Shown here piece by piece: positions 25,334 through 32,987 of a stretch of DNA of 55,962 bases. This stretch comes from a virus. The stretch is taken from IMG/VR virus record IMGVR_UViG_3300012850_000001, one strand, 5' to 3'. Each line of letters starts with the position of its first letter. The first letter of the stretch is position 1. The notes under the pieces were generated by a model that was not told where the DNA came from, did no database searches, and saw only the letters and a program-made list of their open reading frames with translations. Both the position numbers and the translations under genes were made by a program.

Positions 25334-25591
25334 ATGCACTCCGGTTCGGCGGACAGGCTCGCGTTGGCGCAGCGGATCCTCAACTCTCACGGAGTCCCAC
25401 CAGGACATCACCGCGACGTCGACCGGCCGATCCCCGTGAGGGTGCGGCTCGAGTGGGAGCGCGACGGCGTTCAGGTCATCGAAACCATGGCGGTCGAGTG
25501 GACGTCCCACCTGGTGAGGGTGTGGATGAACGACCGCCGGTGGATGCTCGGGGCGGTGTGGGTGGGCGCGGAGGACGTGCGTCGGGTGTGA
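25334..25591 (+). CDS. Hypothetical protein.
   Basis: Mostly GC3-rich ORF. The stop TGA is part of a junction motif. Confidence 0.55.
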   Translation: MHSGSADRLALAQRILNSHGVPPGHHRDVDRPIPVRVRLEWERDGVQVIETMAVEWTSHLVRVWMNDRRWMLGAVWVGAEDVRRV

Positions 25592-25618
25592 CACGGAACT
25601 GGTGACCATGACCGCATG
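25589..25618 (+). promoter_or_regulatory. Junction motif copy: TGACAC-N10-ACCATG-ACCGC-ATG.
   Basis: Start codon at +27 from the T of TGACAC. No SD. Confidence 0.5.
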
Positions 25619-26248
25619 CAGGTGGTGGTCCTCTCGAACCGTGGTGACGCGTACGTGCACGACGCGATCGCGTCCTTGGCCGAGCACGTCACCGGGTGGG
25701 GCGAGCTCACGATCGTCGATGACTCCGGCGATGAGGATCACCGGGCTCGGATGGCGGTCCGCTACCCGGACGCTCAGATCGTCCCTGTCGCACCCAAGCC
25801 TGCGGGGTACGGGCGGGCCATGGGGACGGTGTTCGACGTGATGGCCGGCGAGCACGCCCTGTTCTGGGAAGAGGACTTCCGCGCAGTCAGCGACATCGAC
25901 CTAGAGGCCCTGACCGCGCACCTGCGGGGTGACCCGTGGCTGGCGCAGGTCGCGCTCCTGCGGGGCCCGTGGTTCGGCAACGAGCACGCCACCGGCGGGG
26001 TCATCGAGGCCCGGGAGGCGCAGGGCGCGAAGTTCACACGCGTCGGTGGCCTGATCCGGCACGTAGACCACTTCACGTCCAACCCGTCAGTCCTGCCCCG
26101 GTGGGTGTGGGAGCGCGGCTGGCCGGAAGGCGACTGGTCGGAGTCCAGGTTCGGCCGCCAGCTCGTCGCGGACGGGCACGGGTTCGCGTACATCGACGGC
26201 GGTGTCATGGTCGAGCACGTCGGCGTCCGCAGCGGATTCGGGTACTGA
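25616..26248 (+). CDS. Glycosyltransferase, GT2-like (GT-A fold).
   Basis: N-terminal VVVLSNRGDAYVHDAIASL...IVDDSGD (DxD-like). Confidence 0.65.
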   Translation: MQVVVLSNRGDAYVHDAIASLAEHVTGWGELTIVDDSGDEDHRARMAVRYPDAQIVPVAPKPAGYGRAMGTVFDVMAGEHALFWEEDFRAVSDIDLEALTAHLRGDPWLAQVALLRGPWFGNEHATGGVIEAREAQGAKFTRVGGLIRHVDHFTSNPSVLPRWVWERGWPEGDWSESRFGRQLVADGHGFAYIDGGVMVEHVGVRSGFGY

Positions 26249-26895
26249 TGACGCAGGTGTGGATCCCGTGGCGTGACCACCCGTCCCGCCGCAAGGCGCG
26301 CGACTTCGTGGAGTCGTGGTGGCGTCGGCACGGGTTCGACGTCCAGTACGTCGACGTGCCCGGTGACCCGTTCAACCTGGCGGCGTGCCGCAACGAAGCC
26401 GTCCGCCTGTCGACCTCACCGCTGCTGGTCATCGCGGACGCCGACACCCTCCCCGAGTACGCGTCCCTGACGGTCGCGCTCACCATCGCCTTCGCGGAGG
26501 GTGGGACGGTCCTGCCGTACGACGAGTATCGGTCCCTGCGAGCGGATGGGTCACGTCAGGCCCTCGCAGGGTTCCCGCTCGAGCGGTGCAAGCACATGGT
26601 CGTCCCGGGCGCCTGCTCCGGTGTGTTCGTGACGACGAAGCGCGGGTGGGCGTTGCACCACGGGCAGGACGAGACGTTCGCCGGCTGGGGGTGTGAGGAC
26701 GCCGCGTGGGAGATGACCCACACGACCCTGATCGGTCCGCCGATGCGCGTCCCGGGCCGGGTGTTCGCGTTGGGGCACCAGTCGCAGGACAAGGACGGGG
26801 AACCGACGCGGAACAACTTCCACCGCATCGCCCTGTACGAGGCCGCACGAGGTGACCGGGACCGGATCCGCGCCCTGGCGCAGGGGGCAGCGTGA
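26248..26895 (+). CDS. Glycosyltransferase-like protein (GT-A type).
   Basis: NLAACRNEAVRLSTSPLLVIADADTLP (DxD) and a C-terminal WGCEDAAW-type segment. Confidence 0.55.
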   Translation: MTQVWIPWRDHPSRRKARDFVESWWRRHGFDVQYVDVPGDPFNLAACRNEAVRLSTSPLLVIADADTLPEYASLTVALTIAFAEGGTVLPYDEYRSLRADGSRQALAGFPLERCKHMVVPGACSGVFVTTKRGWALHHGQDETFAGWGCEDAAWEMTHTTLIGPPMRVPGRVFALGHQSQDKDGEPTRNNFHRIALYEAARGDRDRIRALAQGAA

Positions 26896-27812
26896 AGGTG
26901 ATCGGGTTCGCCCTGTCGTATGTGCACGCCCGCCGCATCGGCGCGGAGCTCGCGCTGCACCACCTCCTGGCGCACCTCGCCGGCCAGGGTCACGACGTCC
27001 AGGTCGTCACGACGACTGCGGTCCCACGGGCCACGATCGACGGTGTCCACGTCATACCGGCGAACGCACGCCGCCCTCAGGGGGACGTGATCGTCGTGAA
27101 CGCCGGCCTGGCGGGGAAGGCCCGCCAGTGGTGGCCGCACACCCCGCTGGTGATCTGGGCGCACAACAACCAGGTCCCCACGATCCTCGACGTCCGGGCC
27201 GGCATGGCGAAGGGCAACGCCGCCCTGGTCACGAACACCGACCACATGAGGGACGTCTACCGTTCCGTCCTGCAGCTCGACTCGACGGTCCTGCACCCAC
27301 CGATCAACCCGGGCCCGGTGACCGACGCGGGCGACAGCGTCGCCCTCATCAACCTGACGCCCGACAAGGGCTCGGACGTGTTCTGGGACCTCGCCGCCAC
27401 CAACCCGCACCTGCCGTTCCTGGGCGTCCGCGGTGGGTACGGGACGCAGGACGTCCGAGCGCTCGACAACGTCAGCGTCGTCGACCACGGCGACCTGGCT
27501 GACGTGTGGGCCCGCACCCGCATCCTGCTCGTCCCGTCGCGGCACGAGTCGTACAGCATGGTCGCCGCTGAAGCCGCCACCCGCGGCATCCCCGTCATCG
27601 CCGCGGACCTGCCCGGGATCCGCGAGGCCGCGGGACACGGCGGGACGTACGTCATCAACACCTGGCAGGCCGCCCTGGACACCACCCTGGCCCGGTGGGA
27701 CGAGAAGCACACGAACGCACTCGTGCACGCCGCATCCACGCAAGCCGCCAACGAGCTGACCGCCGTCACCGCCCTGATCGAACAGTTCCGTGTGACAGAA
27801 CGGGCCGCATGA
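26892..27812 (+). CDS. Glycosyltransferase, GT4/GT1-like (GT-B fold).
   Basis: ILLVPSRHESYSMVAAEAATRGIPVIAADLPGIREA (EX7E region). Confidence 0.8.
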   Translation: MKVIGFALSYVHARRIGAELALHHLLAHLAGQGHDVQVVTTTAVPRATIDGVHVIPANARRPQGDVIVVNAGLAGKARQWWPHTPLVIWAHNNQVPTILDVRAGMAKGNAALVTNTDHMRDVYRSVLQLDSTVLHPPINPGPVTDAGDSVALINLTPDKGSDVFWDLAATNPHLPFLGVRGGYGTQDVRALDNVSVVDHGDLADVWARTRILLVPSRHESYSMVAAEAATRGIPVIAADLPGIREAAGHGGTYVINTWQAALDTTLARWDEKHTNALVHAASTQAANELTAVTALIEQFRVTERAA

Positions 27813-27994
27813 TCAGCCCCATGGCCAGGACACCCGACGGGCAAGAAGCACGCACCATCACGGTGCCCGTCCGCTTCACCCCCACCGGTGCCGAGCACCT
27901 CGACGCAGCCCGCGGCAACCTGACCCGCTCCCAGTACCTGCGCAAGCTCGTCGCCGCCGACGTGCGGGAACGCCGCATCCGCCCGAAGACCTAG
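27809..27994 (+). CDS. Ribbon-helix-helix (CopG/Arc-like) protein.
   Basis: ITVPVRFTPTGAEHLDAARGNLTRSQYLRKLV. ATGA overlap. TAG stop. Confidence 0.65.
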   Translation: MISPMARTPDGQEARTITVPVRFTPTGAEHLDAARGNLTRSQYLRKLVAADVRERRIRPKT

Positions 27995-28012
27995 AAGACG
28001 CACGATCACTTC

Positions 28013-28165
28013 GTGCAGGTGGCGGAGAACATCCACTTCGACTACATCTCCGCGGACATCCTGGTGATGACGATCCGGTACGTGATCGGCAAGTTCGGCG
28101 CCGGTGGCCACTTCGTCTTCCTGAAGTGCGAGGACGTGCCTGGTCTGCTGTTTCGCCCCCGGTAA
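28013..28165 (+). CDS. Unlisted small ORF (50 aa from GTG), in frame with the RHH gene beyond its TAG. Ends in TAA.
   Basis: Strongly GC3-rich frame: VQVAENIHFDYISADILVMTIRYVIGKFGAGGHFVFLKCEDVPGLLFRPR. Confidence 0.4.
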   Translation: MQVAENIHFDYISADILVMTIRYVIGKFGAGGHFVFLKCEDVPGLLFRPR

Positions 28166-28320
28166 ACATCGGCCGGCCCGCCTCAACCTTCACCCGCTCG
28201 CTGCCATCTCAACCGCCCCGCAGGGGCCTCGAACTGGGCACTGCGCTATACACGGGCCACTGTCGTGTCAACACCTGTCGGCAAGATCTTGGTGACCGCC
28301 CCGACAAGGAGAGACCGCCG

Positions 28321-28608
28321 ATGACCCTGCACTTCGTCTGCTGCGACCGCGCCTACTGCAACGCCCCCATCACCACCGAGGCCGACCCGACCGACAGCCC
28401 GACCGACGTCGCGTGCCTCCCCTGCCGTGCGCAGTCCCGCTGGGCCGAGTGCCCAACCTGCGGAAACCAGTACGCCGGAACCGCCACACGACCCGGCCAG
28501 GTGCGGGATGCTCGACCCGTGACCGCGCTCATCGTCTCCGCCGCCGCACTCGGCGCGACCGGGCTCGGGCTCATCACCGCATGGGCCATCGACCAGCGGC
28601 GCAGGTGA
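28321..28608 (+). CDS. Zinc-ribbon membrane protein.
   Basis: AAGGAGAG SD. CC...C...CLPC...CPTC, plus a C-terminal TM helix and an RRR tail. Confidence 0.6.
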   Translation: MTLHFVCCDRAYCNAPITTEADPTDSPTDVACLPCRAQSRWAECPTCGNQYAGTATRPGQVRDARPVTALIVSAAALGATGLGLITAWAIDQRRR

Positions 28609-28645
28609 CGGCGGCCCTGAAGGCGGCTGCGAATTTCACCCCACA

Positions 28646-28888
28646 GTGGCACCCTCGTCCGCGGTTCAATGGCACATGCCTATCCGCCAGGCGATTCGCG
28701 AGGGCCGTGAGATGCGCCGCGCCCTCGAGAAGCACGGCGTAGAGGTCCGAGACCGGCAGATGGCGCAGTCCCTGCTTGATGGGTGGCTGCGCATCCGGGC
28801 AATGAATGGATGCTCCGCCGACGACTACGTGCGAGCACTCACCCAGCAGGTGGACCGCCAGGAGCGAGAGCGCGACAACTCGGTCTGA
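28646..28888 (+). CDS. Hypothetical protein. The start is uncertain (GTG 28646 or ATG 28676).
   Basis: GC3-rich ORF. The stop is part of TGACACCCCC. Confidence 0.55.
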   Translation: MAPSSAVQWHMPIRQAIREGREMRRALEKHGVEVRDRQMAQSLLDGWLRIRAMNGCSADDYVRALTQQVDRQERERDNSV

Positions 28889-28915
28889 CACCCCCGGGCG
28901 GACGCTGACCCCATG
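28886..28915 (+). promoter_or_regulatory. Junction motif copy: TGACAC-N10-ACGCTG-ACCCC-ATG.
   Basis: Exact TGACACCCCC. Start codon at +27. No SD. Confidence 0.5.
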
Positions 28916-29548
28916 CGTTCCGTCTCACAGAACCGACCCATGATCCGCTGCACCGCCACCAAGCGAAACGGCGACCAGTGCGGCTCCTGGGCAGTCAACG
29001 GCATGAAGGTCTGCCGGATGCACGGAGGCGCATCCCCCCAGGCGAAGAAGGCTGCGGCACGCCGACTGCAGGAGCAGGCCGCGGCCCAAGCCGTCGCGAC
29101 CCTGGGCATCCCGGTGGAGACGACCCCAACCGAGGCGCTGCTCGAGGAGGTCAAGTGGACCGCCGGCCACGTCCAGTGGCTACGCGAACGCGTCCAAGAA
29201 GTCGAGCAGGACGCCCTCGTCTGGGGCAGGAAGCAGGAGAAGACCGTCACCGGTGAGGACGCCGACGGCGAGCCGATCCCTGCGATCGAACGCACCGACG
29301 CTGCGGGCCCGTCGATCTGGTACGAGCTCTACACCCGTGAACGCACCCACCTCGTCCGTGTCTGCGCTGAGGCCATTAAGGCTGGGGTCGAGGAGCGACG
29401 CGTCAGGCTGGCGGAGTCGCAGGGCGAGCTGGTGGCTCAGGTGATTCGGGCGATCCTGGCTGACCTGGGTCTGACGTCGGAGCAGGAGACATTGGTGGCG
29501 ACTGTGGTGCCGCGTCACCTGCGGCTTCTCGCGGGCGGTGCGGCGTGA
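28913..29548 (+). CDS. Putative terminase small subunit.
   Basis: N-terminal RCTATKRNGDQCGSWAVNGMKVCRMHGG zinc-like motif, as seen in actinophage TerS proteins. Position upstream of TerL. Confidence 0.45.
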   Translation: MRSVSQNRPMIRCTATKRNGDQCGSWAVNGMKVCRMHGGASPQAKKAAARRLQEQAAAQAVATLGIPVETTPTEALLEEVKWTAGHVQWLRERVQEVEQDALVWGRKQEKTVTGEDADGEPIPAIERTDAAGPSIWYELYTRERTHLVRVCAEAIKAGVEERRVRLAESQGELVAQVIRAILADLGLTSEQETLVATVVPRHLRLLAGGAA

Positions 29549-29817
29549 CGACGAACATCCGCGGCTGCCGCGAGAACTGCCGCCTGACGTGGCGCTACGA
29601 GCACGGCGGCGCACTGCCCGGTGGCCCATTCGCGGGGACGCTGGCGTCGGCCGGCGACGTCCGAGTCTGCGAGCACGGGGCCACGTGGGTGGCGACCGGG
29701 ACCATCTCGACCAGCACTTTCTACACGCAGCACGACGTGTGGCTGCGCGTCAGCCGGTGGTCGAACCGCGCCTACTGGAAGCGCGCACGACGTGCTGTGG
29801 TTGAGGACGCGGCGTGA
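29545..29817 (+). CDS. Hypothetical protein.
   Basis: GTGA-coupled ORF. Confidence 0.55.
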   Translation: MTTNIRGCRENCRLTWRYEHGGALPGGPFAGTLASAGDVRVCEHGATWVATGTISTSTFYTQHDVWLRVSRWSNRAYWKRARRAVVEDAA

Positions 29818-29827
29818 GGCGAAGCGC

Positions 29828-30352
29828 CTACGAGAGAGCCACATCTTCTGCGGCGAGCTTGATGTAGAGCCCGTTCGCCATGCCTGCTGCGCGCGACGCC
29901 TCCTTAACTTCGGCCGCAGTCGGACCGTTCGGCGTGCCATCACACCTCTGCAGCAAGGCTCCCAGGTCCACCAGTGCTGTCCGGGTCGCATGGAAGGCGT
30001 CGCCCGACTCTCTCGAGCACACGAGCGACATGGCACCGAGCACCAAGGCGTATCGACTCATGAAGTCCAGTCGGAGCGGGGCGTCAGGCGCTTCAGGGTG
30101 CCGGTCCGGCGCGCCGCTCGAGGCGCGACCAACGTGGCGCTCGAGCTGGCTGTAGAACTCGGCGCACCACGCGATCCCGTCTGCGTGTGCCGCCCGCCGC
30201 TCGTCCCGTGCCTGCTGCTGGCGTTCGGCTTGGCGGACGTCGATCCGGGCGTCTTTCTCGGCTGAGCGGATGATGTGCTGCTGCAAGAGGAGGCCGCCTG
30301 CAGTGACAAGCACTGGCCCTACTGCAATCACGAGCGTCTGCCACCACGTCAT
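29828..30352 (-). CDS. Reverse-oriented membrane-anchored protein (174 aa) inside the packaging module.
   Basis: ATG 30352. N-terminal TM WWQTLVIAVGPVLVTAGGLLL. GC3-rich. It is the C-terminal part of track ORF 29828..30931. Confidence 0.65.
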   Translation of the reverse strand: MTWWQTLVIAVGPVLVTAGGLLLQQHIIRSAEKDARIDVRQAERQQQARDERRAAHADGIAWCAEFYSQLERHVGRASSGAPDRHPEAPDAPLRLDFMSRYALVLGAMSLVCSRESGDAFHATRTALVDLGALLQRCDGTPNGPTAAEVKEASRAAGMANGLYIKLAAEDVALS

Positions 30353-30439
30353 GTCGGGAGTCTGGCAGCACTGGGACTCGCCCCGGTGGGTGATTCTGTG
30401 TGACGGATCGAGTGGCACCCTCAACCGCACGATCGGCCC

Positions 30440-30640
30440 ATGACGTTCACGACAGAGACAGGCGCCACCTACGAGGTCGACGGCAACCGGTACCGCCGCA
30501 CCGACACCCAGTCCCGCTGGGCACCCTGCAGGCTCATCACCGCGGTCCCTGGGCGGGTGGCGCGGCTCATGATCCACCGTGCCGGCGAACCCGTGTGGGG
30601 CTACCTCGTCACTACACCCGTCACGAGCGTGACGCCGTGA
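30440..30640 (+). CDS. Hypothetical protein.
   Basis: ORF preceded by CCCTCAACCGC. Confidence 0.55.
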   Translation: MTFTTETGATYEVDGNRYRRTDTQSRWAPCRLITAVPGRVARLMIHRAGEPVWGYLVTTPVTSVTP

Positions 30641-30861
30641 GCGTCGAGCCTCAGGACGTCGCGCGCCTAGTCGAAGGCTATGCCGCCACCCAGCTCGACG
30701 AGGCACGGAAGTACCAGAACCGCGAGCCGCTGGACGACTCCGGAGTCGGCTCGCTACATCGGCTAGCCGCCGACATCTACGCACTCGGCTACGAGGAAGG
30801 CCTGCGGACCGCGTACACCCGCCACCAGGGCAGCCGTGACAGGGAGAGGGACGCCAGATGA
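30637..30861 (+). CDS. Hypothetical protein.
   Basis: GTGA-coupled. Confidence 0.55.
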   Translation: MSVEPQDVARLVEGYAATQLDEARKYQNREPLDDSGVGSLHRLAADIYALGYEEGLRTAYTRHQGSRDRERDAR

Positions 30862-30977
30862 GCGAGCGCAGCGACTCGGCTTGGGAGGCGTACCACGTGC
30901 CAGACCGTGAGCTTGACGCGGTCTTCCTCATGCTCGCGGCGATCCACGAACTGATCGAGCAGCGGCTGACGCAGTGA
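30858..30977 (+). CDS. Hypothetical small protein (39 aa).
   Basis: ATGA-coupled on both sides. Confidence 0.4.
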   Translation: MSERSDSAWEAYHVPDRELDAVFLMLAAIHELIEQRLTQ

Positions 30978-32458
30978 CGGTCGCATGGGCTGAGGCAGCG
31001 GCCCGCCTCTTCGAACCACCACCCCCACCCCGCTGGGCTACCCCGGGAGAGATGGCGCGTGCCCTCGACCCGGCCACGGTCCAGACGCCGGCGCTCGACC
31101 TCATCGACGCCGCCCTCGTCGAGGCGTTCAACACCCGCAACGCGCGCCTCGTCATCGCCATGCCGCCGCAGGAGGGCAAGAGCGAACGCGCGTCCCGTCG
31201 GTTCCCGCTCTGGGCCCTCACCCAGAACCCGGACCTACGCATCGCGATCGCGTCGTTCGAGCACGACACTGCCCGACGGTGGGGCCGCGTCGTCCGCGAC
31301 GACATCACCATGCACTCAGCCGACCTGGGCCTCAAGGTCCGCGACGACATGTCCGCCCAAGCCGAGTGGGCCCTCGACGGCCACAAGGGTGGCCTGTACT
31401 GCGTCGGTGTCGGCGGCGCACTGACCGGCCGGCCCGTCGACCTCATGATCATCGACGACCCCATGAAGGGCCACGAGCAGGCCGACTCACCCACGCACCG
31501 GGAGAAGGTGTGGGACTGGTGGACAGGCACCGTCGCCACCCGGTTCTCCCCGACCACACCGGTGATCGTCATCCAGACGCGCTGGCACCCGGACGACCTC
31601 GCGGGCCGCCTGCTGAACGGGGAGACGGCCGACCGGTGGAAGCTGCTGTCGATCCCGGCGCAGTGTGAGGACCCGGAGAACGACCCCCTCGGTCGTACGA
31701 AGATCGACGAGTTCATGGTCTCTGCGCGTGGCCGCACCCAGGATGACTGGGAGCTGCGGAAGGCCGACCAGGCGGCGCGCACGTGGGCTGCCCTGTACCA
31801 GCAGCGCCCCGCCCCCGCTGAAGGTGCCGTGTGGCGGTGGCCGTGGATCGAGACGAACCGTGGCCGCACCGGCGACGTCCTTCTCAAGCTGGCGAAGATC
31901 GTCGTCGGTGTCGACCCAGCAGCCACCTCCAAGAGGACCTCCGACCTGACCGGTATCAGCGTCGCCGGGATCGACTCCGACGGTGAAGCCTGGGTGTTGG
32001 ACGACCGCACGATCCGCGGAACCCCGATCGAGTGGGGCGTGGCCGTCTGGGATGCCGTCATGGACTGGGGTGCACACGAGGTCGTCATCGAGGACAACCA
32101 GGGCGGGGAGATGGTCCTCGAGGTGATGCGGTCGGCGTGGCGGGAGATCCGCAAGCGGCGCCGCATCAACCGCCTCGCGCCACCTGTCCGTCGCGTCCAC
32201 CCGACCGCTGGGCAGGGGAAGCGGGCGCGTGCCGAGTCGGTGGCCGCGTTCTACGAGGTCGGGAAGGTCCACCACGCCGCTGACGGCACGGACAGGCTGT
32301 CGAAGGTGGAGGACCAGATGATCACCTGGACCGGGACCGGCGACTCCCCCGACCGAATCGACGCGCTCGTCCACGCACTGACGGCCCTGTTCCTGCCGCA
32401 GCACTCGGACGCGGCGGTGCCGGCGAAGGTCACCCGACACAACATGCGCGGCCGGTGA
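30974..32458 (+). CDS. Terminase large subunit.
   Basis: AMPPQEGKSE (Walker A-like), LMIIDDP (Walker B), IQTRWHPDDL, and a C-terminal nuclease region with VGVDPA. Confidence 0.9.
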   Translation: MTVAWAEAAARLFEPPPPPRWATPGEMARALDPATVQTPALDLIDAALVEAFNTRNARLVIAMPPQEGKSERASRRFPLWALTQNPDLRIAIASFEHDTARRWGRVVRDDITMHSADLGLKVRDDMSAQAEWALDGHKGGLYCVGVGGALTGRPVDLMIIDDPMKGHEQADSPTHREKVWDWWTGTVATRFSPTTPVIVIQTRWHPDDLAGRLLNGETADRWKLLSIPAQCEDPENDPLGRTKIDEFMVSARGRTQDDWELRKADQAARTWAALYQQRPAPAEGAVWRWPWIETNRGRTGDVLLKLAKIVVGVDPAATSKRTSDLTGISVAGIDSDGEAWVLDDRTIRGTPIEWGVAVWDAVMDWGAHEVVIEDNQGGEMVLEVMRSAWREIRKRRRINRLAPPVRRVHPTAGQGKRARAESVAAFYEVGKVHHAADGTDRLSKVEDQMITWTGTGDSPDRIDALVHALTALFLPQHSDAAVPAKVTRHNMRGR

Positions 32459-32489
32459 CGATGTCACACCCGTCTGGGAGCGTGGACCT

Positions 32490-32684
32490 GTGACCAGGAC
32501 GCACACGAGCAGCTGCGCCAGCGGAAAGGTCCGCTACCGCGACCGCATCGCTGCGCTCCTCGCCCTGGCGAACACCGGCCGCCGAGACTCGGCACGCCGA
32601 CCTAAGAACGAGCGTCGCGCCTACCCCTGCCCGCAGTGCCGGGGTTGGCATCTGACCTCGAAAGGCCGCCAACCGGCGGTCTGA
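32490..32684 (+). CDS. Small zinc-ribbon protein.
   Basis: C..GKVRY...YPCPQCRGWHLTS. Confidence 0.55.
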   Translation: MTRTHTSSCASGKVRYRDRIAALLALANTGRRDSARRPKNERRAYPCPQCRGWHLTSKGRQPAV

Positions 32685-32705
32685 TCAACACCAGGAGGAA
32701 GCACC

Positions 32706-32885
32706 ATGGCAGTCACCGTCACCAATGCGCACCGGGACGACGAGCTCACGAAGGGACGCGACGTGACCATCAAGGACGGTCACCTGACCGTCCTTGGGGC
32801 CTGGGACCCCAACGCCCAGGAGCACCCGACGATCGCTGTGTACGCGCCCGGCTTCTGGCAGTCCGCAGAGGTCAAGAACAGCTGA
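32706..32885 (+). CDS. Hypothetical small protein (59 aa), below the track cutoff.
   Basis: Strong SD CAGGAGGAAG before the ATG. GC3-rich. Confidence 0.6.
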   Translation: MAVTVTNAHRDDELTKGRDVTIKDGHLTVLGAWDPNAQEHPTIAVYAPGFWQSAEVKNS

Positions 32886-32892
32886 CGGCGCA

Positions 32893-32933
32893 ACAGGGGG
32901 CCAAGCGCGAGGCGAAGGCGCTTGGCCCCCTGT
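32893..32933 (+). terminator. Perfect 15-bp hairpin between the terminase block and the portal gene.
   Basis: CAGGGGGCCAAGCGC-gaggcgaag-GCGCTTGGCCCCCTG followed by TGTCCGTCTG. Confidence 0.7.
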
Positions 32934-32987
32934 GTCCGTCTGATACCCCCGCGTTGACACTCCCTCCATGAACCTGGGAGGCCACGC

